A stretch of DNA of 64,000 nucleotides, taken from the NCBI GenBank assembly GCA_951406725.2, contig OX597822.1, positions 25,234,001 through 25,298,000 on the forward strand, read 5' to 3'. The notes under the pieces were generated by a model. The model saw only the letters and a list, made by a program, of their open reading frames with translations. It was not told the DNA's origin and searched no databases. Origin of the DNA: Octopus vulgaris (Eukaryota). This document shows positions 53,161 to 64,000 of the stretch, one piece after another. The translations under genes were made by a program, and so were the position numbers. Positions within the stretch are counted from its first letter, which is position 1. Each line of letters opens with the position of its first letter.

Positions 53161-54924
53161 AAGTAGCTTGTTTACCAGCCACATGGTTCCGGGTTCAGTT
53201 CCACTGTGTGGCACCTTGGGCAAGTGTTTTCTACTATGGCCTCGGGCTCCACCAAAGCCTTGTGAGTAGATCTGGTAGATGGAACCTCAAAGAAGCCCGT
53301 CGTATATATATATATCTTATTATAAAAGGCAGATTTTATCTGCCTCCCTTTGGGAGTTATAGAAATCTACAATATAGGATTTCTTCAATTACAATTTACC
53401 TAGCATTTTTAAGAGTAGAATGCATCGCGTCATGCCAGGTCCAGTTTTTAAAATTTAAACTCCAATTAAGCAAAACTTACAGAAAACTCACATTCTGGTG
53501 TGTGTGTCAAATGCTTTTCTTAGTCTGGTTTACACCACACGCAAACGCACACACACAGATGCAACGAATAAAATGAAAGTAAATAGCGACATAGTGATTT
53601 GAGGAAGACTAAACTGAAAGTATTTAAACCACTACTCAAAAAATAAAAAAACACAGCAAACAGAAACAAATAAATACATAACCATTTACTCCTCACACAA
53701 TTTCTTCAATTAGAATTTACCTAAGATTTTTCAGAGTACTTCAGTGGGTGATGCCATAAAAAATTTCTTTCAATTTTACCACCAATTAAGACAAAATTCG
53801 AGAAAACTCAATATTTTAACATATCACTCCGAAAGCATTGATGTACATGTGTGCGTGCGTGAGTGTGTGTGTGTGTCATTCCTCACACACACGCATACAC
53901 ATACATATACAACTACATACAACTACATACACATACAACTACATACAAACACGTGTGTGTTTGTTATTAGTAAAAAAGGCGCCAAAACTCAACTCACTTA
54001 CCATTCCAACACATTTGCAAAGACACACGGACGGACAGAAAAGGTAAATTGGTTTTTATTTTACTCTGTATATATTTTATTATATAATATTATATATAGA
54101 TATATGTATATATAATTGCAGTATGAAACAGTGTTTATGTATAAACAGACGACACTTATATATAGTTATTATAATAAGAGATTAATAAATGTATGCATCC
54201 GTTTAACACTTTCGTTACCAAGCCGCCCGAATTTACCTATTCATATTTAAATGAGAATATCAGAGCAAATCTCTTTAGTACATTCGTGAAAACACGTATT
54301 ATACTTCGTAAACACTTCAACTACAGTTTTGTACAAAAATCGAAGTGTAATTTTAATTCCGTGAATTATGGGAGATTTTTTTCCGAAATTTGTTCCTATT
54401 GTGTTTTCAAAATTTGTAATTCTGACAAAAAATGGATACGAATTTCATTATATCAAGCAGCGAGTCAGAATTCGAAGGATTTTCTACTGAAGACCTTCAT
54501 AAATCTAACTCTATGACTGAAAAAAAAAAAAGCATCTTTATATAAGAGTGAAGTTGTGTGTCTGTCTACTACGATTTAGATTCCTAACTACTCCCACATT
54601 TTGCGGTGCAGTTTAACCAAAAGCGGGTATCTTATAGTCGTGATTCATATCGAGCCCTTCTGGGTATTAGCGTGCGTCTACGATGAGTCTACGATTTAAA
54701 AAAATTTACCATCATATTTTTCCATTTTAATGCATTTTTTCGCTTTTATATAAGGGAAGTAACTCTCTAAAAATATCTACGATGTGTCAACGATTTAAAA
54801 AAAATTTACCTTAATTTTTTTCAATTTTGAATGCATTTTTTTGCTATTTTTTGGCTATAACTCTCTAAAAATGCTTATATAGTTATTTCCCTTACACCCC
54901 GAGCAACGCCGGGCGATACTGCTA

Positions 54925-54983
<59 letters not shown>

Positions 54984-55190
54984 GTTGTGTGTGTGTGTCT
55001 GTGTTTGTCCCCCCACCATCGCTTGAAAACCGATGTTGGAGTGTCTACGTTTCCGTAACTTAGGGGTTCCGCAAAAGTACTCAATAAAATAAGTACTAGG
55101 CTGACAAAGACTAAGTCCTGGAGTCGATTTGTTTGACTAAAGGCGATGCTCTAGCATGACCACAGTCAAATGACTGAAAAAGTAAAAGAA
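53161..55190 (+). mobile_element. Remainder of the SINE2 (head 50808-50845), interrupted again by a Helitron
   Basis: SINE2 segments 53161-53314 and 54926-55190 are colinear with 62871-63333. Confidence 0.85.
53315..54925 (+). mobile_element. Non-autonomous Helitron inserted at A|T in the (TA)n of the SINE2
   Basis: 5' TC (TCTTATTATAAAAG), 3' hairpin CCCGAGCAACGCCGGG then CTAG, no TSD. Confidence 0.88.
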
Positions 55191-55925
55191 AAAAGAATAA
55201 AAGAATCAAGAAAATATATTATCACACAGTTCTCTGTTTGATCCCGTTGCGTAAGACTTTGGGAAAACGTCTTTTTCCATAACTTAGAGATGACTTGAGT
55301 GTTGGGTATGTAATCAGGATAGATGGAAACAGTTCGAAAGCCCGCCAATGTTGGTTTATTTACATCCCTGTAACTTGGTGGTTCGGCAAAAGAAGCGGGT
55401 AACAAAAGTACCAGACCTAAAACAGTTATCGAGGAGGGCAATTTGTTCGAGTAACACTGCAAAACGGTGCTCCAACATGGTCGCAGTCCTATTATTAAAA
55501 CACGTTATGAATAAATGAAGATGGCATGAACTTTACAGAATCTCATTCACTGCTATTCTTCCATAACATCGTGGCCCCTTTTCCTACATATGACTTTAGA
55601 AAGCTATGCATACCACTTTTGGTAAGACTGAAGTCCAACTCATACTTATTGGTTTAAAACTGGTTCACATAGCAGCCCCCTACCGACAGATATTTTGTGA
55701 ATCGTATATATCTTGTTGTAGATAACTTATCACCATTTCATTAACATATATTGCTTTTAAAAATAAAAGTATCTTAAGATAGCTTCCAAATCTCGTTTCC
55801 TGCACACACACACACACACACGCACACATTTCTACGTGTGTATGCGTGTGAATACCTATGTGCGTTTCCATAATACCTATATATATGCACATATATACAA
55901 ACATACATACATACATTCATACATA

Positions 55926-55959
<34 letters not shown>

Positions 55960-56165
55960 CTTTGATTAGAGGTTCTGTTAGCTTCATGAAGGGATGGTTT
56001 CATCCAAGGAATTACTGGTTCAATACCTAGTATTTTTGGAAAATATATTTCCTTAAACTAGCAGGTATATATATGAAAACAGTTTATATTCTTATAAAAG
56101 AAGAAAAAGAAATAGAGATTGGGAAGTTAATAATTGTTTATTATTAACAGAAAATTGATCATCAT

Positions 56166-56242
56166 CCCTTACAGCTGTTTCAATTAATACTCAGCAAATA
56201 TTAAATATTAAATTTATATGACCTGAGGATATCTTCAGAAGG
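56166..56242 (-). ncRNA. Hammerhead-like fold, stem II base degenerate
   Basis: CCTT-CTGAAGA-tatcCTCAG(..)CTGAGtattaatt-GAAA-C agct G-TA-AGGG. Confidence 0.55.
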
Positions 56243-56249
56243 TAAAAGT

Positions 56250-56575
56250 ATACCGTCTTGGTCCGTCAAAGACCGAATTGTGGTTTGCTACCACGCTGCA
56301 CCTCCGCCATGCGAGCCCATCGAACAGCTTTGATCCCCTAATTTTTCTGAGTACGCGCCTTATCTCTGACAATGCAACCTTCATGTTTCGCATTGAAGAA
56401 CTGATCTAATGCCATTGTCTCTGCTAGCACGTCGGTTGCAATTCCGCTACAAATAGCCTCGTCTAGTTCAGCTACTAACCCATCCTCTTTTCTATTTTTT
56501 TCTAACGCTATTTCTTTGCTAAACCCTAACAACATTACTCTAATCTCCCTTCTGAGAGCCGCTACTACCATTGTT
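56250..56575 (-). mobile_element. Tx1/L1 ORF2 internal fragment next to (TTC)n
   Basis: AALRREIR..DGLVAELDEA..HEGCIVR aligns to YALKRAIK..DGLVKELEEA..HMGSITR of the 14425 ORF2. Confidence 0.8.
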
Positions 56576-56959
56576 GTCTTCTTCTTCTTCTTCTTCTTCT
56601 TCTTCTTCTTCTTCTTCTTCTTCTTCTTCTTCTTCTTCTTCTTCTTCTTCTTCTTCTTCTTCTTCTTCTTCTTCTTCTTCTTCTTCTTCCAATCAGGACT
56701 CACGCCATTAGCCACAGAGAATAATCTCTAATTCGAGCTACTAAGAATGCGTGTGGCAACTTGAAGATCCACTCACAACACGCGATAGACTGGTGGTTGC
56801 ACGGGCGCGAAAGCTACGTTGTTATCCTCATTCCGTAAACGGTGGCTTATAACGGATGGAGAGCTGAACCATCCTAGGGTACAGAGGATTCGCAATCTAG
56901 ACTAGGATCTGAAAGCTTACCACACTATAGTGGGTTACACCATGGTTCGTCTGCTTTGT

Positions 56960-57115
56960 GGCAGAAGCAGGAAGAAGGAGTGAGAGAAAGTTGTGGTGAA
57001 AGAGTGAAGCTTAGATGTTTTGCTCAATAAACACTCATAATGCCCGGTCTGGGAATCGAAAACGCGTTCTTACGACCGCGAGTCCGCTGCCCTAACCACT
57101 GGGCCATTGCCCCTC
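56960..57115 (-). mobile_element. SINE family 3 head fragment
   Basis: GCAATGGCCCAGTGGTTAGGGCAGCGGACTCGCGG as at 62489. Confidence 0.8.
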
Positions 57116-57815
57116 CACCGTTGTTGTTGTTGTTCTTATCTATGTTGCTAGTATTGCTTTTGTTGTTGTTGTTGTCACTGTTGCACTCGTTGTTGTTGTT
57201 GTTGTTGTTGTTGTTGATATTGCTGCCTTTTTTGTGGTTGTTGCTATCACTACTACAATTGCTGTAGTCATTTCTACCGCTGTTAGTATTTCTGCTACTA
57301 TTATTGTTACTGTTGGACTTTGAACCATGACAGTCTTGTTTTCCTCCTCCCCACTTACCCTGTGTTGCTGTCCGTAACGGAGGGAAGTCTTTATCCACTA
57401 CCATATTGGTAGGAGGGTTTGTTTTGATTTTGTCTCAAGTCTTTCAAGAAGTACATCACCATGTTGTTGAGTTGTATTTGATTCAATTATATTTAACGCC
57501 CACGGAGATTATTTGGTGGGCCGAAAATTGCCCCTGTGGGGGCTATACAACCATAAAATCCAGTAAGAGGTTCCTGGTGTTTCTTTTCACAACTTGGAAT
57601 AAAATAATTATTGCAGAAGGACACCAATCCTGGTGTAAATAAATATTTTGAACTGGACTTGGAGTGTTCGAAAACACATCCGATTTGTTCCGCAGCAAAT
57701 AATAATAATAATGATAATAATCATCATCATCATCATCAACACGACCACCACAGCTACCACAATCACTACCATACCACTCCTCCCAGTCCTCCTGCTCGCC
57801 TCCTCATCCCCCTCA

Positions 57816-57870
<55 letters not shown>

Positions 57871-57965
57871 CTTCTTCTTCTTCTTCTTCTTCTTCTTCTT
57901 CTTCTTCTTCTTCTTCTTCTTCTTCTTCTTCTTCTTCTTCTTCTTCTTCTTCTTCTTCTCATTAT

Positions 57966-58349
57966 CAAGGCAGCCAACAGACAGAATCGTTAGCACGCCG
58001 GGCTTGATGCTTAGCGACATTTCATAGTTTCTGGATCGATAAAATAAGTACTAGTTGCACACTGGGATTGATGCAATCGACTACCTTCTTCCTCCAAATT
58101 GCTGGCCTTGTGCCTAAATCTGAAGCCATTCTTGTTAAGGTAGTAAGATGGCAGAAACGTTAGCACGCCCGTCAAAGTGCTTAGCGGCATTTCGTCTGTG
58201 TTAACGTTTTGAGTTCAAATTCCATCGATTTCATCTTACCCTTTCATCCTTTTGAGGTCGATAAAATAAGTACCAGTTGACCACTGGGATCGTTGTAATC
58301 GACTTATGCCCTACCCCCAAATTACTGGCCTTGTGCCATAATTTGAAGC

Positions 58350-58350
<1 letters not shown>
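57966..58350 (+). mobile_element. Two tandem SINE1 copies (tail B)
   Basis: Heads AAGGCAG.. / AAGGTAG..; tails GCTGGCCTTGTGCC..TGAAGC(C/T)ATT. Confidence 0.8.
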
Positions 58351-58409
<59 letters not shown>

Positions 58410-58427
58410 CATTATTATTATTATTAT

Positions 58428-59497
58428 TGAGTGAGAGAGCAGTGAGTAAGAGAGACACTGGTAAAAGATGAGACGCCCAGTATACTCATTATGATCGTCC
58501 GGCTGATAAGGATACACCAGGCACATGCATCACAACCATATGTGCGCGACATAGTGATCTCATATCAAGATAAACAGCGCACGACCTTGTAGGTGGTGTC
58601 CAGTTAGAATTTTCTTCAGGTCGAGTAGCCTATCCTGCTCAAAAGGTCCCTGAATAAAGTTTGTCTAAGGATGATGAACAAAACACCCAATTTTCCAAAG
58701 GTGAATTATTCAAACCGCAAAGAATTCCTCTCAACACATGGTTATGGTGCTCCGCCACTACTGCTGCTCGTTATCAGAGATGCATATATCGCCATCCACT
58801 AAAGGACATATATGCTCAGCTGGTTATGGTCAAGCAACTGACAAGCAAATCTGTGGTATTGAACAGAATATTTGCTGTAGCCCATCTTTTACACCAAGAC
58901 AAAATAACGTACAATTATTATTGTTATTGTTATTATTATTATTGAGTGAGAGAGCAGTGCATGCCATCAAAGTGACACTGGGGTAAAATATACGAAGCCC
59001 AATATACCCATCATGACTACCCGTCTGATAAGGGTACACCAGGCACATGCATCACAACCATATGTGCGCGACATGGTAATCTCATATCAAGATAAACAGC
59101 ACATGACCTTGCAGGTGGGGCCCAGTTAGAATTTTCTTCAGGTTGAGTAGCCCATCCCGCTCAAAAGGTCCCTGAATAAGGGTTGTTTAAGGATTTTGAA
59201 AGAAACACCCATGTTTCCAGAGGTGAATTATTCAAACCCCAAAGAATCCCTCTCAACACATGGCTATGATGCTCCCCCACTACTTCTGCTCGTGATCAGA
59301 GATGCACATATCGTCAGCCACCAAGAGACATGATCAACTGGTTAACGTCAAACAACTGACAAGCAAATCTGTGGTATTGAGCAGAATATTTGCTGTAGCC
59401 CATCTTTTATACCAAGACAAAACAATGTTCATGATAACACTTCCAATCAGTTAAGATCAGAAGCCATGAGAGCCACTGCCTGGTACTGCATCAGGGC
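58428..59497 (-). mobile_element. Two tandem copies of the (TAA)n-embedded repeat (58428-58905, 58943-59497)
   Basis: Each begins TGAGTGAGAGAGCAGTG on the plus strand; separated and flanked by (TTA)n. Confidence 0.88.
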
Positions 59498-59582
<85 letters not shown>

Positions 59583-59801
59583 GTTATCATTGTTATCATT
59601 GTTATTATTATTACTGTGGTACAAAAAAGTTAATGTGGGAGGGACGCCGGATTTTATGGAGTCAGTATCCACTTGGCGTATCATTTTAGCCGAGTAATAT
59701 AGCGAAAACGGACATATATTAGCAAGTAAACACGTGTGTATTACATGTGATCAAATGTACACTCTTATACTAACGAATTTTGCTAGGATATATGTATGCA
59801 A

Positions 59802-59832
<31 letters not shown>

Positions 59833-59886
59833 TGTATGTATGTATGTATGTATGTATGTATGTATGTATGTATGCATGTATGTAAG

Positions 59887-59950
<64 letters not shown>

Positions 59951-60529
59951 AATCTATCTATCTACACATATATGCATATGTATGTACGGTTGTATATTTT
60001 ATATAAATTGAACTTGTAAGGACGTATGGGTTAGTGGATAGGCTGTTACACTCATCAGCGTGAGATCGTGGTTTCATTTCCTCGACTGGGCAGTGAGTTG
60101 TGTTCTTGAGCGAGACACTTCACCTCACTTTGCTCTGCGATCCCTTCGACTCCTGTCAAGTGGTACACAGTGCACCTCTTCAGCCAACGTCGATTTGATG
60201 GAAAGAGGGAGCTTAATTTGATCACTATAACAAATCATTTGTACAGCTTGTTCAACAAGAAATTACAGAACCGCACTTCTCGGACTACGAGAGACTGCCG
60301 TACAAATAAAACTTAGCTTTTCTTTTAAAGACGTGAAAGACACAGTTATATAATTGTTGGATATTTTATATTAAGAATTCCTCATAGGTTCTCCTTACTT
60401 CTTTATCTGTAGTTTGAAGTAATGGCATTCCTGAATCCATCAATCCATTACGATTCCAAGGCCTTCCAACTCCCCATCATCAGAATGAAATGATGGTTAA
60501 CAGTGTTTTCATTGTTAATGGATTAAGTT

Positions 60530-61553
60530 GACACAAGGCCAGCAATTTAAGGGAGAGGGTAAGTCAATTGTATCGACCCCAGTGCTCAACCGGTACTTAT
60601 TTTATCGATCCCGAAAGGATGAAAGGCAAAGCCGACCTCGGCGGAATTTGAACTCAGAACGTAGCGGCAGACGAAATACCTATTTCTTTACTACCCATAA
60701 GGGTCTAAACACAGAGGAGACAAAGAATGACAGACAAACAGATTACGTCGATTATATCAACCCCAGTGCGTAACTGGTACTTAATTTATCGACCCTGAAA
60801 GAATGAAAGACAAAGTAGACTTCGGTGGAATTTGAACTCAGAACGTAGCGGCAGACGAAATACCGCTAAGCATCTCGCCCGGCGTGCTAACGTTTCTTAT
60901 TTCTTTAATGCCCAGAAGGGGCTACACATAGAGGGGACAAACAAGGACAGACAAATGGATTAAGTCGATTATATCGACCCCAGTGCGTAACTGGTACTTA
61001 TTTAATCGACCCCGAAAGCATGAAAAGCAAAGTCGACCTCGGCGAAATTTGAACTCAGAACGTAGTGGCAAACGAAATACCTATTTCTATTTCTTTACTA
61101 CCTACACGGGGCTAAACACAGAGAGGACAGACAAACGGATTAAGTCGATTATATTTACCCCAGTGCGTAACTGGTATTTAATTTATCGACCCCGAAAGGA
61201 TGAAATGCGAAGTCAACCTCGGCAGAATTTGAACTCAGAACGTAACGGCAGACGAAATAGCGCAAAGCATTTCATCTGGCGGGCTAACGACTCTGCCAGC
61301 TCACCGCCTTCGAAATAGCTATTTCTTTACTACCCACAAGGGACTAAACACAGAGAGGACAAACAAGGACAGACAAACGGATCAAATCGATTATATCGTC
61401 CCTAGTACATAACTGGTACTTATTTAATCGACCCCGAAGGGATGAAAGACAAAGTCGACCTCGGCAGAATTTGAACTCAGAACGTAACGGCAGACGAAAT
61501 ACGGCTACGCATTTCGCCCGGCGCGCTAACGTTTCTGCCAACTCGCCGCCTTA
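60530..61553 (-). mobile_element. Five-unit nested SINE1 array
   Basis: Units ~61320-61553, 61082-61310, 60898-61080, 60681-60897 (tail A) and 60530-60680 (tail B). Confidence 0.9.
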
Positions 61554-62351
61554 ATGAAGGTAAATATTTAAATAATGGCGAGTTATTCAAGCGCTTTGTA
61601 CTTGGTCATAAAGAATCATTTTAATTACTCATCACGGTGACGAGTTGTTAAAAACTTGAGGAGCGGAATGGAGTATGTGTGGGTAGGTGTCAAATAACCG
61701 TATATAATAAGGCTGTGGTGTCTGAAATGATAAACAAACAACTAACCAACTTATTGCGAGTTATTCAAGCAAACAAAAACAAACGAACAAACGAATAAAT
61801 AATCATGCCATTGAAAAATGGTGACCGTATGGATTGATTACAACGAGGTGTTCGATTTTATTCCGCAATGATGCTTGTAAAAGTAAAATTCGCGGCTGAG
61901 TTCATTGTTGTCAATGGAAACTTAGAAATACGAAAAACTTAGTAATTGAATTCAACAAAACCCACACGACCTACGTTGCACCTTCTCTCGTCAAATCATT
62001 TGTCATATCTTCACTCGTCCACATATCTTCACTCGTCAACATGTCTCCAGTCGTCAAAAATAATCTAGTGACAAACCAATGCCTTCATCTCCTTTACTCT
62101 CTTTGTTTATTCTGCCATTAGTACAGGCGCAAATTTAACCGACTTGAAAAAGATAAAATGCTTATAAAACACTCAGAGAGGTTAATGCATATTTTAAAGG
62201 GACACAACTCAACACTGTTACTCATTTTATCCAACACTCACAACTGTACTTGTAATAGTATAACATTTATATGCTATATTCTCTCTTTTACTTCTCTTAG
62301 CCATTTACTTGCGGCCGTGCTGAGCCACCGCCATGAAGGGTTTAGTCATAA

Positions 62352-62419
<68 letters not shown>

Positions 62420-62483
62420 GCATATATTTATACACACACACACACATATATATATAAATGTGTGTGTGTGTGCGCGCGTGTAT

Positions 62484-62850
62484 GGACGCGCAATGGCCCA
62501 GTGGTTAGGGCAGCCGATTCGCGGTTGTAGGATCGAGGTTTCGATTCTCAGACCGGACGTTGTGAATGTTTATTGAGCTCCACGAGGCACCAGCAGCGGG
62601 TGGTGGCGAACCCAGCTGTATTCTTTCACCACAACTTTCTCTCACTCTTTCTTCCTGTTTCTGTTCTACATGTATTTCCAAGGGCCGGCCTTGTCACACT
62701 CTGTGTCACGCTGAATCTCCCCGTGAACTACGTTAAGGATACACGTGTCTGTGGAGTGCTCAGCCACTTGCACGTTAATTTCGCTGGCAGGTTGTTCCGC
62801 TGATCGGTACACATTGAACCCTCGTCGTCGTAAACGACGGAATGCCACTA
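62484..62850 (+). mobile_element. SINE family 3 (tRNA-derived head)
   Basis: A-box TGGCCCAGTGG, B-box GTTTCGATTCT; related copies at 22065-22410 and 56960-57115. Confidence 0.82.
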
Positions 62851-62870
62851 TTTATTTATATATATAAAAA

Positions 62871-63033
62871 GGCACAGGAGTGGCTGTGTGGTAAGTAGCT
62901 TGCTTACGAACCACATGATTCCGGGTTCATTCCTGCTGCGTGGCACCTTGGGCAAGTGTCTTCTACTCTAGCCTCAGGGGCCGACCAAACCTTTGTGAGT
63001 AGATTTGGTAGACAGAAACTGAGAGAAGGCCGT

Positions 63034-63068
<35 letters not shown>

Positions 63069-63081
63069 ATGTGTGTGTGTA

Positions 63082-63128
<47 letters not shown>

Positions 63129-63333
63129 TTATCTGTCTGTGTTTGTCCCCGCCCCAACATCGCTTGACAACCGATGGTGGTGTATTTACATCCCCGTAAC
63201 TTAGCGGTTCGGCAAAAGAGACCGTTAGAATATGTACTAGGCTTACAAAGAATAATTCCTGGAGTCGATTTGCTCGACTAAAGGCGGTACCCCAGCATGG
63301 CCGCAGTCAAATAACTGAAACAAGTAAAAGAGT
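62871..63333 (+). mobile_element. SINE family 2, full copy
   Basis: GGCACAGGAGTGGCTGTGTGGTAAGTAGCTTGCTTACG...GAAACAAGTAAAAGAG. Confidence 0.9.
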
Positions 63334-63354
63334 ATATATATGTATGTAACAAAA

Positions 63355-63392
63355 CTGTCCGACGAACGGGGACGTGAAACTCTGAGTAACAG
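63355..63392 (+). ncRNA. Compact type-I hammerhead variant (U4C core)
   Basis: CTGT-CCGACGA-ACG ggga CGT-GAAA-CT ctg AG-TA-ACAG; stem I extendable to 63347-63401; lies between TA runs. Confidence 0.72.
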
Positions 63393-64000
63393 GTTTTGTT
63401 ATATTTCTGCTGCATTTAAATAATTATATATATATATAATATAAAATCTGTAAAGGCAATTTGAAACATCGTAAAATCCCCCACAAAAAATAAAAAATGA
63501 AAAAAACCCCGAAAAAACAAGGTAGATTACTCTTAAAGCCAGACTACTAAATTATTTCCCTTACATTCATTATCACTTCTAAAAGCGGCATCCATTTGTC
63601 GTTGACTTAGATTTCGTTTCTTTTACATTCAAAAATATAAATTAATTTTTTATTGTATTTTATTTTTCACACAGTATTTTCTAACATACACAATTGTTGC
63701 AATTTCGTAATTTCATGACTAATTATTTTTGATTTGTAACGATTTTTCCTGGAATGGTGGTTTAGGACGATAGTCTTATTTCTTATATACTATATTACTT
63801 TTATATATAAAGATAAGCCCACGTGGGACACTCCACATGGTCATTCTATCTCCTAGAAATAGTAGCCGAATCTATCTCAATTAGCACTCATACTGTCATC
63901 AGAATAGGGGTATTGCACTCGGAAATATGATCCAAGATAAGCTAGAAATATGCACACCCACACATATAAATACATACACACACACACACACACATATAGG

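Noticed and set aside
60530-61553. Repeat array resembling CRISPR or a satellite
   Set aside because: Units are SINE copies with no unique spacers; no cas genes; eukaryotic context.
62484-62555. Possible tRNA gene
   Set aside because: A/B boxes run into a dispersed repeat body and no convincing acceptor stem forms; it is a SINE head.

Overview
AT-rich, microsatellite-dense eukaryotic DNA made almost entirely of transposable elements; the repeat landscape suggests a cephalopod (octopus-like) genome, which is an inference. No intact host gene is evident; the only host-gene relic is an intron-containing alpha-tubulin pseudogene (~6.9-8.7 kb). Mobile elements: a full-length L1/Tx1-type LINE with a 1100-aa EN+RT ORF2 (12.7-18.1 kb), decayed relatives, an ORF1-only (HAL1-like) element, an R4/Dong-like relic, Helitrons, mariner relics, MITEs and three tRNA-headed SINE families. 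Two systems stand out. (1) About 11 type-I hammerhead-ribozyme folds from about 8 unrelated short non-coding elements, often in head-to-head palindromes and usually pointing their 3' ends at (TA)n tracts, as expected of Penelope pLTRs or retrozymes. (2) A Tx1-LINE/SINE network in which LINEs insert into SINE tRNA heads with ~16-bp TSDs, the SINE re-inserts into itself at the same GTATTTC site, and LINEs and SINE tails share a 3' stem-loop with a CUUGU-like loop. All calls come from manual reading, no searches were run, and boundaries of decayed elements are approximate.
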